From contig OX597823.1 of the NCBI GenBank assembly GCA_951406725.2, positions 80,042,001 through 80,106,000 of the forward strand: a stretch of DNA of 64,000 nucleotides. The letters run 5' to 3'. The stretch is from Octopus vulgaris (taxonomy: Eukaryota). The notes under the pieces are model-generated. The model ran no database searches and had not been told where the DNA came from. It saw only the letters and a program-made list of their open reading frames with translations. Positions 24,978 to 38,700 of the stretch are shown piece after piece (the stretch's first letter is position 1; every line of letters starts with the position of its first letter). The position numbers and the translations under genes were made by a program.

Positions 24978-26960
24978 AGATAGATAGATAGATTGGCAGT
25001 ATGTGCGTGTGCGTGTGTGTATATGTGTGTGTGCGTGCGTGCGTGTATTCCTCGAGAGGATCGTTAAATTGCTCTGTGGAGAATATTAATAAATTACTTT
25101 TTTAAGACAATATGCTATGTGTCTCATAATTCAGTCGGATTTACGAATGCATATCTAATATAACTGTAGTTGTTTATACCAAAGTCAGCCCTGATGGAGT
25201 AGACTTTGATCAGAGCTATTCAGGCAGCCAGTTCACCCGTTTTTGTCTGTTTTTTTCTCCTGTCTAAAACCATATAATCCAAGTGTCTTTTTCGTTTTAT
25301 TTTAGTTTTAAGTCAGGACAATCTCAAGTGATCGAGATTTGACACATATTTCTTGCTTGTCAAGTGACAGCGTGCAGGCTTTCTCAGACTCTCTACATAG
25401 AAGCTGGTGTGGTAGGGTTTCTTTTGATTAAATCGTTCTCAGTTGAATTAAATATTCGATGAAACATGGCTGGTTCATATTTTATCGAAGTCTGAAAGAA
25501 TGAAAAGCAAATTCGACGTCTATGTGATTCGAACTTTCAATGATAAAATATATTACTAAATATCGTATGACAGTTTGGCCTATGCTCTGCCGATGCTCTC
25601 ATTCACAGCAATGTCTAATTGTAATGCTCAAATACAGCCGCGCTTCTTTTATTCCTGCTGTTTGTACTTAGAAATTGTGACTTAATGGATTAGTATGCAT
25701 CACTAGTCCTTATACCAACACTAAGAAAATAATTCACTTTGTATGTAATGATTCATTTCATTTAAATCCGTAAACTGGTTCATTAAGTAGGAAAAACCAT
25801 CGCTTTAAATACTAAGAAGACTGTTCAACTCACAGTTTCTGATGAATTTCAATAAATGATACCGAAATGACATATATATATACGATATAGTTTATTGTTC
25901 TCTTACGCCTTTTATTGCTTTTTCTTCTTTTTGTAAAAGTTAAATACTCTTTTGTTTCTTTCATTGACTAATTGATTTTCATTGCACATATTCTTCTATT
26001 GTGTTATTTCGTTTCATATTTCTACGTTTCTTCATCCACGTGATTTGCTTGTCTATCTTCAGAAATTATTTGTTTGTTTCCTTCTTTTACTCGTATTGAG
26101 TGAGTTTTATTTATCAATCCTTTTATATGCTCACAAGCACGTGCGACCGCGCGCGCACACACACACACACACACACATACATACATATACATGTGATTGC
26201 GTGCCAGTGATTATTACGTTATTACAGGTAAACAATCCTTTATCCGGAACCCTTGGGGACGGTTGTGTTCTGAACTTCGAATTTTTTTCGGATTTCGGAG
26301 CAAAAGCCAGCTGCCCCAGATTGCAAACTAGAACCAAAACAGACGCCCTACTATGGTAGCAAAAGCACACGTATACGTACTTACAATCAGTGATGAAAAG
26401 AAATATTACAAATATTATTACAGATTATTTTTAGAGTAATATGCTGGTAAATGAAATAGTGAGATAATTAAGATCACAAATAACAAAATGCATATAGTGG
26501 AATAATTTAAAACAAAAAATATACAATCTACAAGTACAGGTGTACACATTATCATAATATATGTGTAGAGAGACGCATAATTATTCACACTAATTTGAAT
26601 AATGAAAGACAACAAATGGTATTATAATTATATATATGCGAGAACCATAAATTGGTTCAAACTACGCGAAAAATATATAGCTGCAGTTAAGTTTTAGAAC
26701 AGGGTGTGTCAGTGTTACCAACGTCATCATCAAGTTGCAAGCAAACTCCGTTGATAGGTTAGGAACGGGATTCTCAAATGATGAAGCAGCACTACAAGAG
26801 GGGACATTTTTAAAGACATCGTCAAATGTCATCTGTCTCATTAGCATAGGTTTCTGTCTAAGCAATATCTCTTTATTTGAATAAACTCTCATAATCTGTT
26901 GCTCACTGATAAATGCACGCTGTTCAAAGCCAGCTACTAACTGATCACAAATATTCACCG

Positions 26961-27410
26961 GGCGTTGGAGTGGCTGCGTGGTAAGTAGCTTGCTTACCAG
27001 CCACATGGTTCCGGGTTCAGTTCCACTGCGTGGCACCTTGGGCAAGTGTCTTCTACTATAGCCTCGGGCCGACCAAAGCCTTGCGAGTGGATTTGGTATA
27101 CGGAAACTGAAAGAAGCCTGTCGTATATATGTATATGTATATATGTGTGTGTGTGTTTGTGTGTATGTGTGTGTGTGTGTGTGTTTATGTGTGTGTTTGT
27201 GTATGTTTGTGTGTCTGTATTTGTCCCCCCCAACATCGCTTGACAAACGATGCTGGTGTGTTTATGTCCCCGTAACTTAGCGGTTCGGCAAAAGAGACCG
27301 ATAGAATACGTACTAGGCTTACAAAGAATAAGTCCTGGGGTCGATTTGCTCGACTAAAGGCAGTGCTCCAGCATGGCCACAGTCAAATGACTGAAACAAG
27401 TAAAAGAGAG
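26961..27410 (+). mobile_element. SINE family B, full length, inserted in the transposase remnant
   Basis: Complete head to tail; the flanks rejoin as coding sequence. Confidence 0.93.
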
Positions 27411-27610
27411 TATATCGTTTATAGGAATTTTTTCACTTGTGTTCTCTGTCATCATCACTACTGTTGTCATTCTTACCCGTATTTAACACCATTTCAGTAA
27501 TTTCACGTTTCGTAATAATAAATGTCTCCTTTTCTTTTCCTCACTGTTATCCATTGGGGTGTCTGCAGTTCTTTTTGACATTCTACGGGTAAATTATACA
27601 CAAAGTATAA

Positions 27611-28004
27611 GGCGCAGGAGTGGCTGTGTGGTAAGTAGCTTGTTTATCAACCACATGGTTCGGGGTTCAGTCCCACTGCGTGGCAAGTGTCTTCTGCTAT
27701 AGCCTCGAGCCGACCAAAGCCTTGTGAGTGGATTTGGTAGACGGAAACTGAAAGAAGGCCGTCGTATATATGTATATATGCGTGTGTGTGTTTGTCTGTC
27801 TGTGTTTGTCCACCTAGCATGGCTTGACAACCGATGCTGGTGTGTTTATGTCCCCGTTACTTAGCGGTTCGGCAAAAGAGACCGATAGAATAAGTACTGG
27901 GCTTACAAAAGAATAAAGCCCGGGGTCCAGTTGCTCGATTAAAGGCGGTGCTCCAGCATGGCCGCAGTCAAATGACTGAAATAAGTAAAAGAGTAAAAGA
28001 GTAA
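27611..28004 (+). mobile_element. SINE family B, full length
   Basis: ggcgcaggagtggctgtgtgg...gtaaaagagtaaaagagtaaa. Confidence 0.93.
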
Positions 28005-28427
28005 AGTCACAAGATGCAACATGAAGACAGCAAACAGCAAATGGGCGTATTCTCTCTACGACTGCTGAGCCGCACCTGACGCTTGGCGGTAATTAACGGT
28101 TGACCTGCCAAGCGTTGCCACGTCATACCTGAGTGAGTCGGGTCATGGTGGTCGGATGTTTGCATACCAATCAACCCCTGTTATGACACGTTTTAACCTC
28201 CACAAAAAATTCGCTTTTGGGAGTATTTTGGATTTTAGATTCCGGATACCTCTACTGCTGGAGCTGACTTATCCTTCCATCAACTCAGGTGTCACACCTG
28301 CAGTAAAGTACATTCTCATAGTAAATATCAAGTGGACAACAAGAGAATCCCTTGAAATTACGACGTCAATTTCTTGCTTAATTTCAACTTTAGCTACGTA
28401 AAGCTTCATCAGAGTCATTATTTTACC

Positions 28428-28489
<62 letters not shown>

Positions 28490-28502
28490 GTACACGCATG
28501 CG

Positions 28503-28555
<53 letters not shown>

Positions 28556-28559
28556 GTCA

Positions 28560-28775
28560 GTCATTTGGAACGCTTTCAGCAAGAATTTCTTCGGCAACTT
28601 TTGCGTATATCTTGGCGAGACTGTGATCAAGTCTTGCAGAGATCAAATATCGTGAGCGCGAAGAAGAATTCTTGCAACGTGCAGCGTAGCATACTCAGGT
28701 TGGCAGGCAATACAGTTAGTACGGAAGATGGAAAAATTCCAAAGCTTCCACTCTATGGGAAGCTATGTACTGAGG
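28560..28775 (+). mobile_element. RTE-clade LINE fragment (post-RT region)
   Basis: [19 protein letters not shown]...VLQRS...[24 protein letters not shown] resembles the RTE pattern L..FH..CLR.IL.I.W.D / LRWAGHV.RM.D.RIPK.LLYGEL. Confidence 0.82.
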
Positions 28776-28948
28776 AAGAACATCCAATGGCTGCCTCAAA
28801 CTGGATCTGAAGAAGAACATTTATGTAGAAATTTGGGAAAAAAATTAGGCGAAAAAAATATACTGAAAGTCATCACAAATTTTGGTGAGGATTGCATAGA
28901 ATATCCAACATTAAAATGAGATAAAACGAAAGGATAATCTAAGATAAC

Positions 28949-29181
28949 TATTTCTTTACTACCCACAAGGGGCTAAACACAAAGAGGACAAACAAGGACA
29001 GACAAACGGATTAAGTCGATTATATCGACCCCAATGCGTAACTGGTACTTATTTAATCGACCCAGAAAGGATAAAAAGGCAAAGTCGACCTCGGCGGAAT
29101 TTGAACTCAGAACTTAAAAACAGACGAAATACGGTTACGCATTTCGCCCGGCGTGCTAACGTTTCTGCCAGCTCGCCGCCT
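28949..29181 (-). mobile_element. SINE family A, full length, with target-site duplication
   Basis: Flanked by the direct repeat ggataatctaagataac (28932-28948 and 29185-29201). Confidence 0.93.
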
Positions 29182-29534
29182 TATGGATAATCTAAGATAA
29201 CGTTAATCCCTTCAAATGTTCTACGTATTACAGAGTTTATATATCTTAGGCTGGTCTTGTTAAGCACTAGAAGTTTCATGAACCAAAACAAACTAAATAT
29301 AAAGAAGTCTACGGCGGCTAGTGATGAAAATAGATAATGTTTTTCAGTTGATGTTCAGGAAAAAATACATATCTGTACATAATGCAAATGATTTTGTACT
29401 GCATTTAACTGAGAAGAGACATTAGTGCAATGGATAACTGAGGTAAAAACTATAGATAAACAGGTGGTCTGAAAAGTTATCTCCAGTGTATTAACATTCT
29501 ATGCTCATGCTCAATAATATAGTTTGAGACAGAT

Positions 29535-30092
29535 CAACTGGTACTTCATCGGTTATGACAAAAAGGGTTCCAGTAGATTCGATCAACAGAACAGCTTGCT
29601 CGTGAAATTAACGTGCATGTCATATGTGAACGTGATTACAATAACCACCCACCCTGAAAGGGACGCCACCCTGTCGCAGGTTTAACTTCACGGTTATTGT
29701 TGGAACTTATTTGCAACTGAGTGGACTGAAGCAACATGAAGTGGAGTGTTTTGTTCTTTACTATACTGGCATTCCGTCAGTTACGACGACGAGTGTTCCA
29801 AGTTGATAAGCTCAACAGAGCAATCTGCTCGTGAAATTAGCGTGCAAGTGGCTGAGCACTCCACAAGCACGTGTAGCTTTAACATAGTTCCCAACGAGAG
29901 ATTTAGCGTGACGCAGAATGTGATGAGGTTGGCCCTTTGAAATACAGGCACAACTCATTTTTGCCATCTGAATTGACTGGAACAACGTGAAATAAAGTGT
30001 TTTGCTCAAAGACAAAACGCTCCGCCGCGAATCGAACCCTCGACCTTACGATCGTAAGCCAAATACCCTAACCTCTAAGCCATGTGCCTTCA
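29535..30092 (-). mobile_element. SINE family C cluster (fragments 29535-29760; full copy 29766-30092)
   Basis: tRNA-like head (reverse complement aaggcacatggcttagaggttagggtatttgg...gggttcgattc) and a tail shared with 8543 and 58697. Confidence 0.85.
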
Positions 30093-31203
30093 CTTGATGT
30101 AGATTATATATGAAATGACGAAATGGCTGTGGTAAGGATAATTTTTGCTCGATCGAAGATACAATGCACTAAAGAACAATATCTACATCAACCACGGTGA
30201 CCTTTATTCTTTGCTTTTTCTCTTTTACTATCACTTTCATCTTTTTTCTTCTTTCTCCATCTTTCCTGCCTTTTCTCTCTCTCTCTCTCTTTCTCTATCT
30301 CCTCCTGTCTTTCTGTCTGTCTGTCTATCTCTCTGTTTTCTCCTTTTTCGACAACTCTCTCTCATAGAGCAACACTAGAAGTGTCTGAATTAAAAAAAAA
30401 AAAGAAAAAACTGAATGGTCATAGCAGGAAAATTCTTAATCTAGGCCGAATAAGTATCAATATCAACAGCAACAGTATCTTTCTATCAAACTTTCACCCT
30501 CACTCATATCCCCTTATTCCAGTAAACATTCCATTTCAACAACCACACACTTTTTCTCCGAAACTAAACACTATCTTCAAAAAGGAGATAGCTTTACCAG
30601 CTTCTTCGATCCTGTTGCTGTTTGCAACACCACACAAACTGCAAGAAGGCTAAAATATTTAACCGTCATCAAAAACTCGTAAATATTAACTCAGTATGAA
30701 GACTACTTCCTTTGTTACATTCTAAACAAGTGAGCCTACTAGTACAAATTCGTTTGGTATCTTTCTTATCTATCTATGGCCTGAGAAAAATGCTAGAATT
30801 CGGATTATAAGGATGCTTAATAAACATACCTATCTGGTAACACATTCGATGGTTCTTATCAACTAGGCTTTTTACTTTCCCTTCATCGTTTATTTTCCAT
30901 GTAGTCTCCTACTGGTTTACTGTATTGCATATGTCCTTCACTCTCTCTTGTCCATGTTCCAAGCTATCTATTACAAGCAAGAGGTGAAGATATCTAAATA
31001 TTTATCCAATATGTACATACTTCTATGTACGTATGCATCTGTTTATACACACACTTACACACACACACACACACGCACACACAGATCCAAACATATATGT
31101 AGATAGATTCATATCTATATATACATGTATATATGAGTGTACATGTATGTGTGCGAGTGTGTGTGTACGAATGCATGTATATAGATAGATAGATAGATAG
31201 ATA

Positions 31204-31753
<550 letters not shown>

Positions 31754-32134
31754 GCATACTCGTACATGCACACAAACGCATGTTTTTGTGTAAATTGGGT
31801 CAGCACAACTCTCTTATGTATCAGTCAAGATGGCAATAATGAAGTACTACAGAAGAGTAAGAACTCATAAGCACTTCTTAAAATCAGCAGCATAATTGCA
31901 AAAAAAGCTGAGTTTTGATTTACCAAGAATTGCTAAGTTCAGTTCTTTTCCTGCTTGGAAAACAATAACCTTCCTTAAGAATTTCTAATTCTGCCTAAGA
32001 TTTCTTTAAGATCTCTACTACCTGCCCACGGCTTTGATTTCTTAATCTATAATGAATATATTTGTATAGTTTACCATAAGTGTGCTTCGAGCACCCGCAA
32101 ATCACAAAGCACGCGCACAGTGTGTATCTATACG

Positions 32135-32202
<68 letters not shown>

Positions 32203-32432
32203 CTTTCTCTCTCTGTCTCCCTGTTTCTTTCTCTCTCTATCTCTCTTTTTCTTTCTCTCTCTCCTTCTCCTCTACTTCCTCTCCCTCTTATACATGCATA
32301 CATAACATACATACATATACATATATACACACACACAGACACAGACACACACACACATATATATATATACATATGTATGCGTATATATATGTGTGTGTAT
32401 ACATACATGCATATATATGTGTGTGTGTGTGC

Positions 32433-32465
<33 letters not shown>

Positions 32466-33046
32466 TGTATGTATGAATGTATTTATGTATGTATGTATGT
32501 ATGTATGTATGTATGTTTAATAAGTAGGAAAGGATGCGCTCAGTATGCGACAAGTTTACCCTTCAGCTCTTATTAGTAATCACATTAAACTCCCAACGTT
32601 ACTAATCCTAAAGGTTTCAATCCGGGTTGAGAAGGGTTACAAAATATACAAAGACCATATCGACAATAAGAGAAGCAACGTGAGCGTGAATTTGATATTC
32701 ATTTGTTACATATCATATGTGTTTTTTTGTATTCGGTGATAAAAATGAAGTCACCATAAATGCAATCCTGAAAAGTACAGCATATATATAATCAAAATTG
32801 AGTACCACATCGGACAGAGAAAAAATACAGATTACAAGCATGCTGTTATAAATGCGCGAAAGATACAAGGCCTGTTGGAAGAAGAGGAAACGTGGCGAGG
32901 CTGGATGTAATTTAGGCTCTCCTTAGCCATAAATGTACAGTGCTGCAACTAACAAATTGGAGTCAGCCGACAAACGGAAAGTGGCGACAAATGTCAAGTT
33001 ATTTCACCTTAGAAGAAAGCCAGGGGAGCAAATAATAGACCTTGTT

Positions 33047-33135
<89 letters not shown>

Positions 33136-33196
33136 ATGTACTGTTCCGTGGTGATAAGATCAACAAAGAAAGTACACCATCTTGTGAGAAATGAAT

Positions 33197-33424
33197 ATTA
33201 TATAATAGACACAATACATGTTTTTATGTGCTACTAAGTTTCTTGTGCTGAAAACATGCCAAATAATGAATTATAACGTCGGTATCATCTCTGCACAGTC
33301 ATCAGACACAAACCTGATGACTGTGCAGAAATGTTATACATGTTATAATTTATTATTTGGCATGTTCTCACCACAAGAAACTATTGGTAGCACACAGAAA
33401 CATGTATTGTGTCTATTAAATAAT
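33197..33424. mobile_element. Fold-back insert (~110-bp arms, 8-nt loop), putative PLE pLTR pair
   Basis: taatagacacaatacatgttt..ctgcacagtcatcag (acacaaac) ctgatgactgtgcag..aaacatgtattgtgtctatta. Confidence 0.8.
33227..33310 (-). ncRNA. Type-I hammerhead-like motif with extended stem II
   Basis: Reverse complement: tgtgt-CTGATGA-c-tgtgc...gcaca-a-GAAAC-tta-GTA-gcaca. Confidence 0.6.
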
Positions 33425-33914
33425 ATATATAATATATATATATATAATTATATACGCATGTGTAAATATATATATGTGTGCGTGTGTGTGTATACGTACA
33501 TATATGTATGTAAACATTCATACACACCTCATATATATGTGTATATACTTGTTGAGACACATACGTTAAAAACACACACCTACTAAACACATACGTACGC
33601 ACAAATACCTAGCCATACATCATACGATCTCATTTTTTTCTTTCTCTGTGTTCCAAGGAGAAATATTAGCAGTTCTGTTATATAATTGATTTATCAACCG
33701 CATTATATGAATATTTCTTCAAGTACCAACTCAAGAAGAATGTGAGACAAATTTGCCTCATGCAATTTGCACCCCCAAACATAGAGATACGGAAGTTAAT
33801 ACAAAGAAGCATTCAGATTGGAATTCCATTTAACTGCTTATCTCAGTAAGCTTAGATAATACTTGTTTCTGAAACTCCATGCGCATAGGTCTTACATTTT
33901 ACGTCTGATAAAGT

Positions 33915-34040
33915 TTCCTATATTTCACGAGAGATAAAAGTCTGAATTTCGCAGGAAATTAAACCTCCTATATTTCATGGAAGATAAAATCTATATTTCA
34001 CAGAAAACAAAACCTCCTAAATTTCACCAGAGATAAATTT
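33915..34040. repeat. Degenerate ~50-bp minisatellite (2.5 units)
   Basis: ccta.atttca...agataaa recurs at ~33917, ~33967 and ~34016. Confidence 0.65.
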
Positions 34041-34309
34041 GCTTGACACTAATGTTTATGTCTTTATTCCAAGAACGCTGGTGTTTGTTCATAGATCCAC
34101 TCTTATTACTTTCAGAAAACGAGACATGGTCGACTAATTAACATTCTCTGTTAATTAGTCGACTCATTAACTTTCTCTGTTCTTTTTAGCTCATAACATT
34201 GTTCATCTAATTCAGTCATTTTATACGACTGATTTTTAATCTTGACACAAAGACACACATTTTTAAGTAGATTGATTCAATTCAGACACCTCACTTGTAT
34301 TCTATCGTT

Positions 34310-34695
34310 TATCTTTTAACTTTTATCTTTTGGACGGGGCCATGCTGGGGCACCACCTTGAAGAACTTTTAATCGAAAGAATCGTCCCCAGTACTTATTT
34401 TAAAAGCCTGGCACTTATTCTATAGGCTCTTTTGCCGAGCTGCTAAGTTACGGGGAAGTAAACAAACTAATACCGTTTGTCAAGCAGTGGGGGGGGTGGA
34501 GGCAAACACAAATACACAGACGTTCTCACGCACTCAGACACACACACACACACACACATACTTATATGTACGGCGGTCTTCTTTCAGTTTCCGTCGTCCT
34601 GAGGGTATAGTATAAGAAACTTGCACAAGATACCACGCAGTGGAATTGAACCTAGAACCATGAGTTTCGGAAGCGAGATTCTTACCACAAAGCAA
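34310..34695 (-). mobile_element. SINE family B, diverged
   Basis: ggccatgctggggcaccaccttg...cttctttcagtttccgtc...cttaccaca. Confidence 0.8.
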
Positions 34696-35039
34696 CGTAT
34701 TTTATTGACCCACACGTTAGAGATGGCAAAGTTAATCCAGGAGGAATTTCAATTTAGAACGTTACATTCTAACCATGGGTCTATTGCAAGTGTACGAAAC
34801 ATTGTAATTGTATAAAACATGTTGCAGCCGTGGGATGTTAATTTACTTACTGAAAGGCGACATCGTACTCTGCTGATCGTCAGAGAGTGACAGACGAAGA
34901 ACAAAAGAAAACCACATGCACAGATCTATACATTGCACATTTTCTCGGTTTAACCTCATTTGCTATCTTCAGATCAACCAGAAGCATATCAACTCTATGT
35001 TTCATTAAGCAAGTGAGGTTGCTAGTATTTCAAGTATTT

Positions 35040-35609
35040 TGTCTTTTATTTACTTCAGTCATTGCACTGCAGACATGCTGAGGCACCGCCTGAAAGAGTT
35101 TAGGGTTATGAGCAATTCGACATCAGTACTTTTCTTTTAAATCCTAGTACGCTCCCTTTCGCAGAACCGCTAAATTACTGGAACATAAACAAGTCACCAC
35201 CAGTTGTTAAACGGTGATGGGGGTACAAACACATGTAGAAAAATAATGCCCTTACACCCTCATATATATATGAGGGTGTAATGGCGTTATTTTTCTGCAT
35301 GTGTTTGTACCTCACCACAGTTTAACAACTGGTGGTATTGGAATCTTACATATATGGCATTCTGCCTAAAAAATGAATCTACAAATTCATTATCCCTACA
35401 TATCTCACATCTATTTTCTTTCCTCCACCTCACTCTTTATTTTGTATCCTATTTAAATTAAATATTACTTAACGATCCTCTCACACCGTCTCCGATGAAG
35501 GGATATAATTAATAAATATCCTGGAAACAGCTGTAAGACCTTCTATCTATAAATGTTCTAATATCTATACAGCCTTGGTTTTTTTTATCTCATTACGCAA
35601 AAAATTCTT

Positions 35610-35674
<65 letters not shown>

Positions 35675-35830
35675 CACGACGGGCTTATTTTAGATTCCGC
35701 CTACCAAATTCACTTACAAGGCTTTTGTTGGCCTGAAGCTATGTTAGCTAATTTACTGTCCAGTGGGATTGAAAACGCGGAACCATGTGATTGGGAGACA
35801 AGCATCTTATCATACAACCATGCTTGCACC
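35040..35830 (-). mobile_element. SINE family B split by a fold-back (35196-35336) and a PLE-like insert (35337-35610)
   Basis: B tail at 35040-35232 and B head at 35677-35830, with unrelated DNA in between. Confidence 0.75.
35488..35539 (+). ncRNA. Minimal hammerhead-like motif (U4C core variant)
   Basis: gtct-CCGATGA-a-gggatat(loop)atatcct-g-GAAAC-agct-GTA-agac; palindromic stem III ACAGCTGT. Confidence 0.7.
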
Positions 35831-36245
35831 TATATTAATTTCTGCTTTAATGAGACAGAGAATTAAAGAAGAAATTATGCAACAATATATTAACCAAAAT
35901 GTATTTAGTTCGAGTTGAACCCAGAGAGCAAAAAAGTAGCACTAAATACTTAATCCATAATTCTATCTATGTTGAACATCCACTTCCTTCTAGATATCAC
36001 GATATATATATTATAAACTTGGCAATTTGCCATCATCAGTCTTACTCTGAAAGTCATTTTTTGTTCAAATTTAATATTAGATATAAGTACTGCTTAATAA
36101 TCATGTCGCCACTAAATTAATTAAATCATGGCATTTCACAGAATTAGAAGGTATATATATATATATATACATACATACATTCATGTGTGTGTATGTGTGT
36201 GTAATATATATACAAACATACATATATATAATATATATATATATG

Positions 36246-36320
<75 letters not shown>

Positions 36321-37482
36321 ATGTATGTATGTATATATAACGTGCTTGATTCCAACATGCTTAGACGCTCATATAGCTTTAGTGGTATTAAAACAGCAAT
36401 TTCTTTCGCTGAGTGAAAGTTGATGGTCACCAGGAAAGATAAAAATAGAAGAAGGAAAAAAAAACAGAAATAATTACATCATCTCAAAGTGATATATGTT
36501 TAATTCGTTTAAGAAATATTTAGATAGGTAGATTATCTTCAATTTCAATTTGAATATAAACACACACACACACACACACACATACACACAAACACACACA
36601 CACACACACACATACACACACACACACATACACACACATACACATACACACACACACTGATATAAAACTTAATGAATTTTTCTCCCCTGAAAACATTTAA
36701 ACGTTCTCACATGTGTTACATCTTATCCCAGTCAACAACAGAAAAAATACATATATTTAATTATTTCATCAAAATATGTTCGTAAATTTGCTTAGCTGGA
36801 ATAGAAATAAATTGTTAAATTTCATACTTCTTAAATCACACACAAACAAACAAACAAACACACACACCAATACGCGCATACACATACGTAAATACACGTG
36901 CCAGTCAAGAGGACATATTAATCCGTACATAACCGAGGCAAATCCATTTTAAAATGCCTTCTGAGATATCCGGTGATTTCATTACTATGATGGCTGTTTA
37001 TTATATGCAAATGAAACAGAATTGAAAATCAAGAAGAAATTCACACAAAACAGATATGATAAATATCTTGTCACATCCCTAGCCTAATGCACAGTTTCAA
37101 AGAGGATCTTCTTGTATCATCTGTCGGATTACCAAAGGAAGAATTTTCAGCTAACCAAGCATAGTTACAGAGCGCTAGCTAGCAGTCATTGCATGATCTT
37201 GGGTCGAACGATAAAAGAGGACGAAACAGTAGTTAAACGGTGTCATTAGAATTAGCTTCCGTTTAGGAATATTTAAAGCCTCGAAAGAGTTAATTTGGTT
37301 TACTAATAAATGTATCAATAATGACATGTAAGGCGGTGCTCCAGCATAGCCGTAGTCAAATGACTGAAACAAATAAAAGAATAAAGTAAAAGAGTCCTCA
37401 CCCAAAATTATATAGATATTAAATTTTGGGGTTGTATACATACATAAATACATACATACATACATACATACATACATACATG

Positions 37483-37592
37483 CAGCGTAGGTTCGAAACA
37501 TAAAAGACATTCTCACCTTCCAGAGCGTTAAACTAATACACCTGTTTGTTGTTTACATACCTGTCTTCGTCTTTTGTTTTTTGTAAATTCCA
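37483..37592 (+). mobile_element. Repeat family H fragment
   Basis: gcgtaggttcgaaacataaaagac...aaactaatacacctgtttgttg matches 8160-8270. Confidence 0.65.
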
Positions 37593-37909
37593 ACTTATAT
37601 ATATATGTGAATATATATATATATATATATATATATTGTAACTATACGAGAAAAGCAACGTTAAAATTTCAATAACATTAGTACTAGTATCTCATATTTT
37701 AATAAATACTGGCGGGAACCGTGAATATTTCACGGAATTAATACTAAACTTATTGGATTATTTCTGAAAACTTTATCCAAAAAATCTGATTTTTTGCCAG
37801 AACTATTATAGTGCAGCCATGAGTAGCCAATTCGAAGAACTTCAGTTTGTGAAATTTCATTGTGTGTATATACGGAAATTAGTTTCAATTATCTGCAGAT
37901 TTGTTTTCT

Positions 37910-38700
37910 ACAGTGAAGGTAAAGTATATGTGCTGTCATGTGTTGTTAGTATTAAACTGGTGGAGCACCTAGCAGCTAAATGACTTAAAGTGCTAAAGGA
38001 TCCAGGAGTTGAAAGATCGTTGTATAATATAAGGGTATGTGATGAGTAGTCGTGAGCGGATGACCAGCGAGGTGCAGAGTTACTTATAGTCAAACAGAAG
38101 TTGGGCTTGGAATGACAAAAATCTCAAAGATATTTGGAATATATGTAACGGTGGAGAAACTAATTGTTATAGAAAATTGAGGACTGAGAAAAGATTCGGT
38201 GCCTGCACTGTATGAAACAGTTATCAGATGTGTGTGAAAACCAAGAAACATTGTGACCGATGAAATCACCGACAATGATGACTTCGAAAAAGAGTGAAAT
38301 AAGACAGTAGCCTTCAATGCAGGAGAAGGAGGTATACTCGAAGAGTTGCTAATAGTTGGAAGAGTTTCAAAAGTGGTGAAAGAATCAGGTATATTTGGAG
38401 AAGGGCAAATGAAGATTTTGAACAAGAGTAGCTGAGATCGTTTGTCCAGGTACAAGAGGAGGGAAGTAGGCAGAGTAGAATAAACATATGAAGCATGCAA
38501 TCTGGATGGTTACATACTTCATACGAAAATGTACAATAGATAATGTTTAAGAGAGTAAGTCGGAACACAATAAGATGTGTGACTTGCGTGTTTGTAAGAG
38601 ATGATGTATAGACTCTACACTGTAGAGTCTAGATTGGATCGGACTTCAATGATATTTGAGAAAAGGAGGAAGAATTATTCAGTGGGTTTAGTTTTAAGGT
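37910..38700 (-). mobile_element. Possible highly decayed LINE (CR1/Jockey-like linker region)
   Basis: Purine-skewed unique block; minus-strand peptide ..SNSSSIPPSPALKATVLFHSFSKSS.. loosely recalls the SSIPPL..KA.LF..F linker motif. Confidence 0.3.

Larger units (their letters stand above)
26225..28248 (-). mobile_element. pogo/Tigger4(Zombi)-like DNA transposon, internally deleted and interrupted by two SINE B copies
   Basis: TA|caggtaaacaatcctttatccgga TIR at the left; truncated TIR ..ttccggata at the right. The minus strand encodes MSKRTADTPMDNSEEKKRRHL (ATG 27581) joined to EITEMVLN..SEKIPINDI and, across the SINE, VNICDQLVAGFEQRAFISEQQIMRVYSNKEILLRQKPMLMRQMTFDDVFK. Confidence 0.82.
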
